Part shown: piece after piece, positions 1-14,000 of the stretch | Numbering within the stretch: the first letter of the stretch is position 1 | Layout: the number at the start of each line of letters is the position of its first letter | The notes under the pieces: generated by a model | What the model was told of the DNA's origin: nothing | The model's input: the letters and a program-made list of their open reading frames with translations, nothing else | The model's database searches: none | Program-made: the position numbers and the translations under genes | Source of the DNA: Bugula neritina | Lineage: Eukaryota > Animalia > Bryozoa | Reading direction: 5' to 3' | Length of the DNA stretch: 64,000 nucleotides | Assembly (NCBI GenBank): GCA_964035545.1 | Contig: OZ037766.1 | Location: forward strand, 12,948,722-13,012,721

Positions 1-3000
1 TTCAGTGGTTGTTTCTATGGGTTCTTCTTCAGTTGTTAAATCACTACCTTGAGTCGATCGTGTTTTGTCTGTTGTGGAATCTGAGCTAAATGTTGGAAAT
101 TCAGTAGTGGTTTCTACTGTTTCTTTTTCAGTTGTTAGATCACTACCTTCTGTCGATAATGTCATATCTGTTGTCAATTCAGGAGTTGTTTCTGCTTGTT
201 CTTCTTCAGTGGTTAAAGCACTACTTTCTGCCGATTGTGTTTCACCTGTTGTGGAATCTGAGCTGATTGTTGGAAGTTCAGTGGTTGTTTTTACTGGTTC
301 TTCTTCGGTTGTAGAATCACTAACTTCTGTCGATTTAAATTTATCTGTTGTTGATTCTGAGCTGAATTTTGGGGCTTCAGTGGTTGTTTCTATGGGTTCT
401 TCTTCAGTTGTTAAATCACTACTTTCTGTCGATTGTGTTTCGCCTGTTGTGGAATCTGAGCTAGATGTTGGAAGTTTAGGGGTTGTTTCTACTGGTCCTT
501 CTTCAGTTGTAGAATCACTAGCTATTGTCGATTGGAATTTATCTGTTGTTGACTCTGAGCTGAATGTCGGGGTTTCAGTGGTTGTTTCTATGGGTTCTCC
601 TGCAGTCGTTACATCACTACTTTCTGTCGATTGTGTTTCACCTGTTGTGGAATCTGAGCTGAATGTTGGAAATTCAGTAGTTGTTTCTACTGTTTCTTCT
701 TCAGTGGTTAGATCACTACCTTCTGTCGATAATGTCATATCTGTTGTCAATTCAGGAGTTGTTTCTGCTTGTTCTTCTTCCGTGGTTAAAGCACTACTTT
801 CTGTCGATTGTGTTTCACCTGTTGTGGGATCTGAGCTGAATGTTGGAAGTTCAGTGGTTGCTTTTACTGGTTCTTCTTCGGTTGTAGAATCACTAACTTC
901 TGTCGATTGAAATTTTTCTGTTGTTGACTCTGAGCTGAATTTTGGGGCTTCAGTGGTTGTTTCTGCTTGTTCTTCTTCAGTTGTTAAATCACTACTTTCT
1001 GTCGATTGTGTTTCACCTGTTGTGGAATCTGAGCTGAATGTTGGAAGTTCAGTGGTTGTTTTTACTGGTTCTTCTTCGGTTGTAGAATCACTAACTTCTG
1101 TCGATTGAAATTTTTCTGTTGTTGACTCTGAGCTGAATTTTGGGGCTTCAGTGGTTGTTTCTATGGGTTCTTCTTCAGTTGTTAAATCACTACCTTGAGT
1201 CGATCGTGTTTTGTCTGTTGTGGAATCTGAGCTAAATGTTGGAAATTCAGTAGTGGTTTCTACTGTTTCTTTTTCAGTTGTTAGATCACTACCTTCTGTC
1301 GATAATGTCATATCTGTTGTCAATTCAGGAGTTGTTTCTGCTTGTTCTTCTTCAGTTGTTAAATCACTACTTTCTGTCGATTGTGTTTCGCCTGTTGTGG
1401 AATCTGAGCTGAATGTTGGAAGTTCAGTGGTTGTTTTTACTGGTTCTTCTTCGGTTGTAGAATCACTAACTTCTGTCGATTGAAATTTATCTGTTGTTGA
1501 CTCTGAGCTGACTTTTGGGGCTTCAGTGGTTGTTTCTATGGGTTCTTCTTCAGTTGTTAAATCACTACCTTGAGTCGATCGTGTTTTGTCTGTTGTGGAA
1601 TCTGAGCTGAATGTTGGAAATTCAGTAGTTGTTTCTACTGTTTCTTCTTCAGTTGTTAGATCACTACCTTCTGTCGATAATGTCATATCTGTTGTCAATT
1701 CAGGAGTTGTTTCTGCTTGTTCTTCTTCAGTGGTTAAAGCACTACTTTCTGCCGATTGTGTTTCACCTGTTGTGGAATTTGAGCTGAATGTTGGAAGTTC
1801 AGTGGTTGTTTTTACTGGTTCTTCTTTGGTTGTAGAATCACTAACTTCTGTCGATTGAAATTTATCTGTTGTTGATTCTGAGCTGAATTTTGGGGCTTCA
1901 GTGGTTGTTTCTATGGGTTCTTCTTCAGTTGTTAAATCACTACTTTCTGTCGATTGTGTTTCGCCTGTTGTGGAATCTGAGCTAGATGTTGGAAGTTTAG
2001 GGGTTGTTTCTACTGGTCCTTCTTCAGTTGTAGAATCACTAGCTATTGTCGATTGGAATTTATCTGTTGTTGACTCTGAGCTGAATGTCGGGGTTTCAGT
2101 GGTTGTTTCTATGGGTTCTCCTGCAGTCGTTACATCACTACTTTCTGTCGATTGTGTTTCACCTGTTGTGGAATCTGAGCTGAATGTTGGAAATTCAGTA
2201 GTTGTTTCTACTGTTTCTTCTTCAGTTGTTAGATCACTACCTTCTGTCGATAATGTTATATCTGTTGTCAATTCAGGAGTTGTTTCTGCTTGTTCTTCTT
2301 CAGTGGTTAAAGCACTCTCTTCTGTCGATGATGTTATTTCTGTTGTCAATTCAGTAGTTGTTTTCACTGATTCTTCAGTTGTTACATCATCAGGCTCGGT
2401 CGATTGTGGTTTTTCTGTTGTCAACTCTGGGCTAAATGTTGTAGGTTCAGTGGTTGGTACTACTGGTCTTTTTTTAGTAGTAGAATCACTAGCTTCTGTC
2501 GATGATGCTATTTCTGTTGTCAATTCAATAGTTGTTTCTACTGGTTCTTCTTCAGTCGTTACATCACTACTTTCTGTCGATTGTGTTTCACCTGTTGTGG
2601 AATCTGAGCTGAATGTTGGAAGTTCAGTGGTTGTTTTTACTGGTTCTTCTTCGGTTGTAGAATCACTAACTTCTGTCGATTGAAATTTATCTGTTGTTGA
2701 TTCTGAGCTGAATTTTGGGGCTTCAGTGGTTGTTTCTATGGGTTCTTCTTCAGTTGTTAAATCACTACTTTCTGTCGATTGTGTTTCGCCTGTTGTGGAA
2801 TCTGAGCTAGATGTTGGAAGTTTAGGGGTTGTTTCTACTGGTCCTTCTTCAGTTGTAGAATCACTAGCTATTGTCGATTGGAATTTATCTGTTGTTGACT
2901 TTGAGCTGAATGTCGGGGTTTCAGTGGTTGTTTCTATGGGTTCTCCTGCAGTCGTTACATCACTACTTTCTGTCGATTGTGTTTCACCTGTTGTGGAATC

Positions 3001-4600
3001 TGAGCTGAATGTTGGAAGTTCAGTGGTTGTTTTTACTGGTTCTTCTTCGGTTGTAGAATCACTAACTTCTGTCGATTGAAATTTTTCTGTTGTTGACTCT
3101 GAGCTGAATTTTGGGGCTTCAGTGGTTGTTTCTATGGGTTCTTCTTCAGTTGTTAAATCACTACCTTGAGTCGATCGTGTTTTGTCTGTTGTGGAATCTG
3201 AGCTAAATGTTGGAAATTCAGTAGTGGTTTCTACTGTTTCTTTTTCAGTTGTTAGATCACTACCTTCTGTCGATAATGTCATATCTGTTGTCAATTCAGG
3301 AGTTGTTTCTGCTTGTTCTTCTTCAGTGGTTAAAGCACTACTTTCTGCCGATTGTGTTTCACCTGTTGTGGAATCTGAGCTGATTGTTGGAAGTTCAGTG
3401 GTTGTTTTTACTGGTTCTTCTTCGGTTGTAGAATCACTAACTTCTGTCGATTTAAATTTATCTGTTGTTGATTCTGAGCTGAATTTTGGGGCTTCAGTGG
3501 TTGTTTCTATGGGTTCTTCTTCAGTTGTTAAATCACTACTTTCTGTCGATTGTGTTTCGCCTGTTGTGGAATCTGAGCTAGATGTTGGAAGTTTAGGGGT
3601 TGTTTCTACTGGTCCTTCTTCAGTTGTAGAATCACTAGCTATTGTCGATTGGAATTTATCTGTTGTTGACTCTGAGCTGAATGTCGGGGTTTCAGTGGTT
3701 GTTTCTATGGGTTCTCCTGCAGTCGTTACATCACTACTTTCTGTCGATTGTGTTTCACCTGTTGTGGAATCTGAGCTGAATGTTGGAAATTCAGTAGTTG
3801 TTTCTACTGTTTCTTCTTCAGTTGTTAGATCACTACCTTCTGTCGATAATGTCATATCTGTTGTCAATTCAGGAGTTGTTTCTGCTTGTTCTTCTTCAGT
3901 GGTTAAAGCACTCTCTTCTGTCGATAATGTTATTTCTGTTGTCAATTCAGTAGTTGTTTTCACTGATTCTTCAGTTGTTACATCATCAGGCTCGGTCGAT
4001 TGTGTTTTTTCTGTTGTCAACTCTGGGCTAAATGTTGTAGGTTCAGTGGTTGGTACTACTGGTCTTTTTTTAGTAGTAGAATCACTAGCTTCTGTCGATG
4101 ATGCTATTTCTGTTGTCAATTCAATAGTTGTTTCTACTGGTTCTTCTTCAGTGGTAACATCACTACTTTCTGTCGATTGTGTTTCGCCTGTTGTGGAATT
4201 TGAGCTAGATGTTGAAAGTTTAGGGGTTGTTTCAACTGGTCCTTCTTCAGTTGTAGAATCACTAGCTATTGTCGATTGGAATTTATCTGTTGTTGACTCT
4301 GAGCTGAATGTTGGGGATTTAGTGGTTGTTTCTAGGGGTTCTTCTTCAGTTGTTATATCACTACTTTGAGTCGATCGTGTTTTGTCTGTTGTTGACTCTG
4401 AGCTGAATGTTGGGGTTTCAGTCGTTGTTTCTATTGGTTCTTTTTCAGTTGTTACATCATCAGGTTTCACCGATTGTGTTTTTTCTGTTGTCAACTCTGG
4501 GCTAAATGTTGTAGGCTCGGTGGTTGGTTCTACTGGTCCTTTTTCAGTTGTAGAATCACTAGCTTCTGTCGATGATGCTTTTTCTGTTGTCAATTCAGTA
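1..4600 (-). repeat. Coding tandem repeat array of 99-nt (33 aa) and 78-nt (26 aa) modules with higher-order repeats
   Basis: Anchor GTCGAT recurs at 329, 428, 527, 626, 725 (99 nt apart), 803 (78) and 902 (99). A 375-nt block (3x99+78) repeats at 1211/1586. A 3117-nt offset repeat occurs at 65/3182. Confidence 0.95.
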
Positions 4601-7600
4601 GTTGTTTCTGCTTGCTCCTTTTCAGTTGATGAGTTTTTTTCTGTTGTCAGTTCAGCTGTTATTTCTACTGGTTGTTTTTCTGTTGTCGAGTCATTGGCTT
4701 CAGTCGATTTTGTTTTGTTTGTTGGCAATTCTGTAGTTGTTTGTACTGGTTCTCTTTCAGTTGTTAAATTACTAATTTTAGTTCCCTCAGTTGTTGTTTC
4801 CACTTGTTCTTGAGTTGTTGTTTCACCACCTTCGGTCGTTTGTGTTTTGTTTGCTGTCAGTTTTGTGCTCAACGTTTGAAGTTCCGTTGTTGTTTCTACT
4901 GGTTCTTCTTGAATTGTTGAATTAAATGCTTCAGTCGATAGGGTTTTACTGATTGGCAACTTCGAGCTGACTTCTTCGGATTCAGTAGTTGTTTCTAATA
5001 TTTGTTTTCCATCTGTTGTCAATTCGCTGAAAACAGTTGTTTTGTTTTGTTCCTCAAAAGTCGTTTTGTTTTCATTTTCATTTGTTGACAGTGTGCTCGT
5101 GGTGGAAGTTGATGGCGCTAAGCTAGTTACTGTTGTACTGCTTTGTTGAGTGGTTGTTATTGAAGAAGTTGTTGTTTGTTTGTTCAATGTAGTGTTTGCT
5201 GTCCTAGTCGTTGTTGCTGTTGATGTTTGAGTGGTGGTCACAGCTGGATTCACAACGTCTTCGTATAGTGATAATACGATCACAGGATCGGCAATCGCTG
5301 TAATAACAATGAATAGGAGTGCTCACCAACTGGTCTCTTTGTAAAATTTATATTTTTACTAGGAAGCTTTACTTTTGAATGGTTTCCATTTTATAAGGCA
5401 TTGAACTAAATGCTTGTTTTAAATTAAAAAGTGCCCTTTTGTATTATATGTGGCTTATAGATAGTTGTTTTTGAATTGAGTTCAACTGCACTTTTAAATA
5501 ATTCATTGATTTTTTAATTTATTGAGTGAGCACTCAATTAGGGAAAAATCACTTTTACTTTTGCAAGCAAAAAGTTACCTGTGATAATTATTGAAGTCGG
5601 AATTACTGCAGGTGAGTAGTTTGGTAGGTTTATTATCACAGCTTGAACAGCCACTATGTTATCTGCTGGAGTAGCTCCTGGAACTGCAGTTGAAGTTGTT
5701 GCAAATACAACCACAAAAATAACTATCACTGACCCCTCTCTACAAATATAAAAATGCTTTTATAATTCATGTTGACTGGGCTAGTAGGTTTATATGTAAG
5801 TGAAATGTGATACCATAAAGATTGAAGATAATGTAAAGTCAAAAGCTTTCAATCATATTTTCTAGTTGCAGCTACTTGGTTGTTTGGAAGTCAACAGGTC
5901 ATTTTTCAGATTAATTACTAAAACAGCTGTTTATGGTTCCAGTAGTTTACAAGTTAGGAGAATCTATGATTTTGTTCAACATCTAGATTCTGTTGATTCG
6001 AGTTTGCTTGTAATGCAAAACTATGCCATTTACTCTCATTTTCCCTCCCTATAAAATATTAATCAATCTGGTATATCAGAAGTCACCCTTCCTGTATATT
6101 GGAAGTAACTTCAAATAATTAGTTTACAATATTTTGTAATATGTATGTGACTTGTAGCATATAGCAATGTTTTTTGTCTGCTAATTTAGCTACAATTTAT
6201 TTATGAAGTTTTCCTCTCTTAGTTTCATCAAGATTTGAGCATCTGGTATCAATAAAAAGTACATTTGGTTAAATTTGCAAGCTTGGACAAATAAAATATG
6301 CATTGATAAGTCAATCCTCTTTGCTTTTAATATGTTTATAAGTCGCAGAAATTGCATACTCATTAAAAAGTAGTCACTGTCACTTTTCAAAGTTAACATA
6401 GACTAAAACATATATGTAATAGTAACTTGCAGGATTCGTCTATACTATAACCCTTGCACCATGCATTAATCTGGCAAAAATGTTTTTTAAGGTTAAAAAC
6501 AATATAGAACCATACAGATTGAGTTGTGAATGTAGTAAACTGGAATCTAAATTTGGTATATGTGCTCATCATTATAGCTAATTTTATTTAGCTATTAATA
6601 TTTAGCACACTTTTTATTTCAAAAAGTGTCAATTGGCTCTGTGAAATGACTTGAATCAAGTCGATCAATGTTTTAAGAGAAAGCACTCAGTCATTTAAAG
6701 TAATACGTTGAAGTTTATCATCTTAAAATACCCTGCATTTGTTTGTCCCCAATAGACCCTTTTCAAATGTCCCTCTAGGGGCTTTTATAATTTGAAGTTG
6801 TCTCCTCCCACCCGGTATATGGGGGAGTCTATATGATATATAGAAAGTCATAAAATCAGGAGAAATTTAAGGTTTGTGTGAGGACTATTGCTAGCATGAG
6901 TTTTTTCTTTTATGAGATAAATATTTTGGCCTAAGCATACATAATAGCAGTTCCAGAAAATTTTTAAAAATTTTCTTTCTTGACAAATCTTGAGAAAAAT
7001 AAACTTCAAAGCATGTTTGTGGTTTTGGTTACTGAGCAAGTTGAAGTGGTAACTATGATACAAGTCTCATTAATTATTTGTTATACTGGCTGTCATGTTC
7101 AATTCATAGCTGTTGACCTTTCAACTTTTTGGTCAGAATCTGCTGTTAGCACAGTCTTAGAGCTCTGCTAGTGAATGAGACAGCAGATTAGCTGTTAGCA
7201 TTTTCAATTAATTATATACTTATGCACTTATGTTATGAGAATAGCTAAACTACCTACCTCAATACCCATCATTTTCAAGAAGCATTCTCACAAAACTATA
7301 GATAAACGATATATTATTAAATAGACTGTTTAAATTTGTATCATCAAACGAATATGAAATGTGGATTAATACATGTCGTTTAATTTTCTAGCAGGTTAAA
7401 TGCATCTATTGCACTTGCAACAATTGTGCTCAAATAAATATATCTAGATAAACCCCCGATAGCCTTTTAGCTGTTGGCATTCAGGTTTTTGTGTTACAGT
7501 TTTGTTATTTCTTAATATTATGCCTGTGGCTTGTAGTATAGGAACAGTAGTGAAGAAATTGAGATAGCCTAAGTTTTTTGAATCTCTTTATAAATTTTGG

Positions 7601-10600
7601 TGTTGCACATAACATAACTTCTTTTGCTACATTTCTAATCTAGAACAAAGGCTTTTCTCAATTTCTCCATTACTGCACCTACCCGTGTGTAGTAGTCATC
7701 TCTGTCAGCTGCAGTAGACTCAAGGTCCTAGTTAATGTAGGTGGTAGGTTAAAACATAGTTATATAATGAAATAGGTAAAAGGCCAACCTAAGCCAGCCA
7801 TTACTGAACCTGAAAACCCAAGTTTCTCAACTCATCAAATTGCAACATAGGTAAACTGAATTATCTGAAAACCGCTTCTGAAAGAATTTCTGGTTGAAAA
7901 GTATGAAGCAAATTCTGATAAAGGAAGCAGTGAAAGTATGTTGAAAATATTGAGTTATTAACTTTTTGCTTGGGTTTTCAGTGAAACCATTTAATGTTAT
8001 AGCTTCTCAACATCTCATGCTCTAAATATCTACATCAGCTAGTCTTATTGAAACTTAGCTGTAGTTTTACAGCTGGCTTGGCTGATCCTGGGTCACAAAA
8101 TGTTATGCATAATCGAGGATAAGTTCACCCCAAGTATAACATATCGATCAATTAGAACTTTCAAATAAAACTATTTGACCTGTTGTAAAACATGCAATAT
8201 AGATATAGGGCAGACAAAATATTTCAAGATGATATTGAATTAAAAGATGTCTGCCTCTTGTAAATACTTTAAATGAGCTTTTATTTTAAATATTCCTACA
8301 GAGTTTTGACTTTTTTTTTCATTCATTTTTGTTCATGCCTACTTATATTATAGCCAGTATTTACACTGAATTTCGCAACATGTTGTCATGTCTGTGATAT
8401 GCAATAAATCAATCAACTATATAAAATATGTTAAATAAATTTTTGCCTAAACTGAGCTTTGCTTCTCTTAGTAATATTTTTCTTTTAAAAAAGTTTTGGC
8501 TATAATATGAAACTATGTAAAGCATTGACGGTCCTTTGAACATAATGTAGTACAAACTCTTCAAAGTATAATTATGTGTACATGCTATAACACAGCTAAG
8601 CAGGCATGCAAGTAATTACATGTAACTAGCAGTGAAACTGGACCACTGCAGAGTTGAAAGGTCAATTCAGCTATAAATTGCATGGCCATAACAGACAGGA
8701 CAACAAATGATAATTGAGACTTAATCATAGTTGCTATTTCTGCATTGCCCAGCAACGGAAACCACAAAAATGCGTTCAAGCATATTTCAGGCAACATTTT
8801 TGCATGTTGGGAGGACACAACTCTTAATTTTAGCGGGACATTGGAGACCACTGAAAAGGGTCTATTATCAACAAAGCCATTTAAATTCCACTATCATATT
8901 TCCACACTTACTGGAACTCATTCACAGCACATCCGGTGTAGTCATCTGCCATGTCAGAAGCAGCATATGTCTGGTCAACTGCATTACAAAATTCAGCTGC
9001 TTCTCTCTTGAAAACCTGGGAGTTTGGGTCATGTAGTTCAACTGAGAATGTTTTGTTTAATGTGGTTGAAGCATTGTATGCATCTAAAACAAAATATGCA
9101 CTATTATAGTGTTTAATTACTCTCTATTATCTTACTAGACAAACTGTGTTTATCAGATAGTAGTATTGTCCCTAGCTCTGTGCTTTTGTTTTCTGACACA
9201 TGATGTCATGAGCTTTTCTCATCTGTACCTAGTAACCATAGCCCAAGTTGTGTTAATCAGGAATAGATCATTTGAAAGCTCTGGCTAATATTTAAATTGA
9301 TTGAAGAAGCCTAACATTATAATACCACATTGTTTATACTTACAGATTATTTGTGAAGGAGTTGTGTTTTGTGTTGGAGGGAGGGTGGGGTTTCGTGTTG
9401 ACGGTGATAAAACTCTAGTACCTAAAAATATGAGTAACACATCATAAATCTGTTGTTGCTAGCAGTATGCGATGCAATCACATTCCTGTTTATCAATTTA
9501 AAACTTTGGTTACTGGTAAAAACATTGAAAAAGTAGTTGTAAATCAGTCAGAATAAAAACTTATCAATTAGGTAGTAAGTAACTTTGAAAGTATTAGAAT
9601 GTGCATATAATAATCATGTGACTTCCATAATCATGCGATCAATCTATCTTTGAAGCTAAAACTCACAAGTTTCATTACTCTCAGAATTATATTCTAGTCC
9701 GAATATGATAAAAATTGTATTAGTTCTTTGACTTTGTTGGTAAATGTTATTCATTCCTAAAAAATATTTAATCATTTGGAAACTTGTATATATTGTATAC
9801 CTTCAAATTCTATGCTAAAAGCATCAATCTCATAAAAACCAAAGTCGGACTGGTTGACTGTATTGATTACTGTATTTTCAAGTTCAGGTAACAGCTCTTC
9901 TACAGAGATGTCTTGTCCAAGGAATTTCAGCTCATATGTAATTATTACACTTCCGTTCCTAGAGTAGAATAGTGAGAATTACTACTAGCAGTAGTAAAGA
10001 ATTGAACCTACATAATTATACAATTATCTAATTTGCTTTAAGCAAATATTATCCAAGAAAGTTATGTGATATTATACATGTGGACATTAGTTATTACCAG
10101 TTAAAAATAAACAGAATAGCCATGGCTAATCCTATAAGTTCAAAATAATGTTTTAATCAAAAAATCAATTATTGCTTATAATTTTTACATGCTACAAAAA
10201 TTATTGCATCAATTATACATAAGAAAATTTGATACAAAACAAGTTACACTTTGTTTCCCCGTAACATGCTGAAACTTTTTAATCAAATCATTAATGCCTT
10301 CAATAAGTTTTAGCATCGAATTTCATTCCAATGGAGTTGCTCTTCTCCGGTTAAAAGAATAATCTATAGAAAATAACTGTGCCCAAGTCACAAAATTAAA
10401 TTTGGTATCCGGCCTTCACTATGCATATATGGTCACTATTCAAAACTGCTTGCATATGATGTACATAGCTTTTAAAATGGCACAATGTGGTATACTTCTA
10501 CCTAGCATCACTATATCAAGAGGAGTCTTGCAGGTGTGATATAGTTTTATACACCAAGCAAACTAATCACCTAAACCCGTTCCTTGTCTAAGTTGACTTC

Positions 10601-11046
10601 ATCATACTTTATAGTATTAAAGTTCTACTCATATATGTCACAGTAGTTATTTACATAGACTACACCTATGTGTACTTTTTATACATCTTAGTCACAAATC
10701 TAGTGTTGAGAGAGTACTAAATATGATATTGCACAATGTCACACCCTTCTACTGGTGCGAAAATATGATATGTGTAAACAATGTTCCTTCATAATATATT
10801 AGCACTACATGTATTGCACCTGTTCCATCATAAAACATCATATGCTATGTTGTATAGAGCATTAGAACATACCTTATATTTAAAACAGAGCAGGAAGAAT
10901 AATACTTGTCTAATATGCTGTTCCTCTTCACAGTGGAATCAAGCTGAAAGGAACACAAACATAATATAGTAGTAGTCAAATACTAGGTTGTTATTATATA
11001 TTATAATATCATATTGTGTATATATTTATTTTATATAATATAATTG

Positions 11047-11089
<43 letters not shown>

Positions 11090-14000
11090 TATCTTTACGA
11101 GCTAGCAATTTGATTATAAATAGGTATACGAGAAACATTGTTGTTTTTTTTACTTTATTAGGTAAAGTAATTACACTGATATTTCGGGTACCACTGTACC
11201 CATCTTCAGAGTAGCAATGAATGAAATTCAAAAATTAGTATGTTACGTTAGACGTTATGCATGACACAAAGAATAGAGAGAGGCAGTTATTGTAAATTAT
11301 TGAAACTTAGGGAGATAATCTTATTTTATATATAAAATGGTATATAGTTTACCACTAAAAAAGCTCAATGCAGTGCAGAGCAACGTGAATAAAAGTAATG
11401 AACAATAAAACATTTTATTACTATTAGTTTCATGTGCATTATATATACACAATCTTCAGATAACATTTTATAGTTCATTACTTTTATATATATGTATGTA
11501 CAGATTCAAAATTTGCTGTCTAAAATTAATTAGACTGCTAGCACATTTTCTTCGGAACATCTCAGCTTTAGGAAGGTGTTACATTTGATGGTAGAGATCA
11601 GTTTTCAGGCAGTATGTGTGTACAATTCAAGTGTTGACCTCACATTAGTTGTAACTACTTGATCCGCCCAATAAGCTCATATCATACATTTTCATGTAAA
11701 TACCAAAAGGCAATAAATACTTGACTAAAGTTGCTATTATAAGTTTTATTTACATACGTCCACATTCAAGCAATCATCTATACTGAAGAAGAGGATTTTG
11801 GTTACACCCTCAGACATCCTTAGAAATGGGCGTGTGTAAGTAGTTAGTTGCAGTTGTATAATATTTATATATTATTTATTATTCTTGATAAAAAAGATTA
11901 GCACAGTGTATCAGCATACACACCCAATGTGTTGTATTTATTACTTCTTAGTGGTGTAATACATTTCCCATGCTTCGAATGGATCCAGGATGCCTGACAA
12001 GCTTTTTTAGTTGCAGCAACCTACGGTTGTAGTTTCATTCGATTGACACTGTTCCCATGTATTGAGTGAAAAATCTGTTAGCATAATGGAAGTAGACCTG
12101 CTATGGCAGGCGTGTCCAAACTTTTCAGACCGAGGGCCACTGAAAGGGAATATTTGGGTGGGAAGGGCCACATTGTAAATTATAGTGTGAGTTGGGAGTC
12201 ACAGCATCAGTAATTTTCAAAAAGGCTTTATATTCCAAATTATTATTAATCATTACACTATCGAGCCCAACAGTTGCTAGCTACAGGCTGCATGTGTTGT
12301 AGCATGTGTATGGATAAGACATTTAAAAAATGGTTCCTCACTCTAATTCACACATGTGTGCAAAATAATTTCATTTGTTAACCCTTTGAAGGCCACATAA
12401 ATGTAGGCTGGGGGCTATATCTGGCCCTGGGCCGCCTGTTGGACAGCCCTGTACTATGGGAATGTAGTGATAATTAATATATTTCAGTCAGTTGCAGCAC
12501 TAGTTACCCAACTTGGCCATGAAGTTACAGGGTTTGGGATAATTTAACATCAGTGTGCTATTTTTACCTACTTTCCAATTGTGCTATTATTACCTATTTT
12601 TACCTTAAACCCCTACGAGAAGCTGCTAACTGCTAGTTTGCTCTTGCCAAACATGATAGCGGATGCTATAACATATACCTAGGTCCTAGTGGATATGCTA
12701 GTTCTACATAAGAACATATTTGTTAACACACCTCTGCTTGCATCTACTATAAATGAAGTAGCAATAAATTTGGTTCCCTAAAATTGGGAACAGAAATATT
12801 GTTAGTTTGCTTACCACTGTACAGAAGTCTTCTTGCAACGCTAAATACTCAGTGCTGGAGTCTTGTGAATATTCTTCTATATAGGTAAGGTTTAATATCC
12901 TCATGCTTCCAGTTAGGCTGAGTTGAGATGGCTCTAAAACAGTGTCAACATGCAAGTAGCTTTCAATAGTGTAAGTACTTCAATATTTTTAAACACATGA
13001 TTTGGTGTGTACTCTAAACTTCTCAGAAAATTATAACTTCATTTGCTACTTTTCTCTTTTAGAACCTGCACAGGCTTTTCTTAAATTCTCAATTGCTGTA
13101 ACCACCTCATTAGCAAACAGGCTTAAACTATAGATAGGATATACAAGGGTTGCCACTTAAATATGAAGCAGCTGTAGTATTGTTGTCGAAGTGCTGACCT
13201 AGTATAGTGCTAGGCTGTGGGTTCGATTCCCAGCACGGCCATTAATGTCTTTAAGGAAAGTATTTAGTCATAATTACTTTTGTATCTCGGTAAATAAGTT
13301 TTTAGCCTATTTTACCAAACTCGTTATACTATCTGACTGATTTGCAGATTAAATATATATAGAAATTGCAAAATGAAAATTTAAGAACACCATGTTACTA
13401 ATCCATATTTTACTTTTACTAAATGTTAGCAAGCAAGCATTTTATATGCAGAATAGAAAAATTTAACTTCATCACATGAAGGTCACAAGTGCAAGTTTAG
13501 TATACACTAAAGGCAATGAAGCTCCTCTCTGAATTGAACTTCTCTTACCAAGAGACCTAGCAACAAGAATTCCTACTGTAAGAGACGCAGCGAGTATTAT
13601 TGATATTGTGGTAATAGCACCAATAGCCATGCAGGGTCTTGAGATTCTACGTTTACTGCCCTTCTCTTCATCGCTATATGTCGTATAGAATGTGCTCCAC
13701 GGAAACCTCGATCTATTTACAAAACAGTGGAGATAATTAAAGAAATTTGACTCAATAAAATTTGTTCAAATAAAAGAATGAATTTTTTATTATAGTATAG
13801 ATTGGAATAATAGTATAAAACCTATTTATCCTCAATAAAGAATGTGAGTTTAATACAAGATCTAGAATGTTTGACATAAATGTTAAGTATATTAATATTT
13901 CAAGATTCAAATATAACATAGTTATGTATTTTATGGTCTACTGACTGTACAGACTGTTTGACAGAAAGTTGGTTTTAATAAACAGAAAACTATTGGAAGA

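Noticed and set aside
65-4813. Plus-strand Val/Ser-rich ORFs in the ORF track
   Set aside because: Antisense shadows of the minus-strand Thr/Glu-rich mucin exon. All lie in one register and are broken by TGA stops.
11945-12020. Candidate extra SEA exon (VAATKKACQASW...)
   Set aside because: Its donor phase does not fit the next exon. Exon 10943-10873 completes SEA1 in the correct phase.
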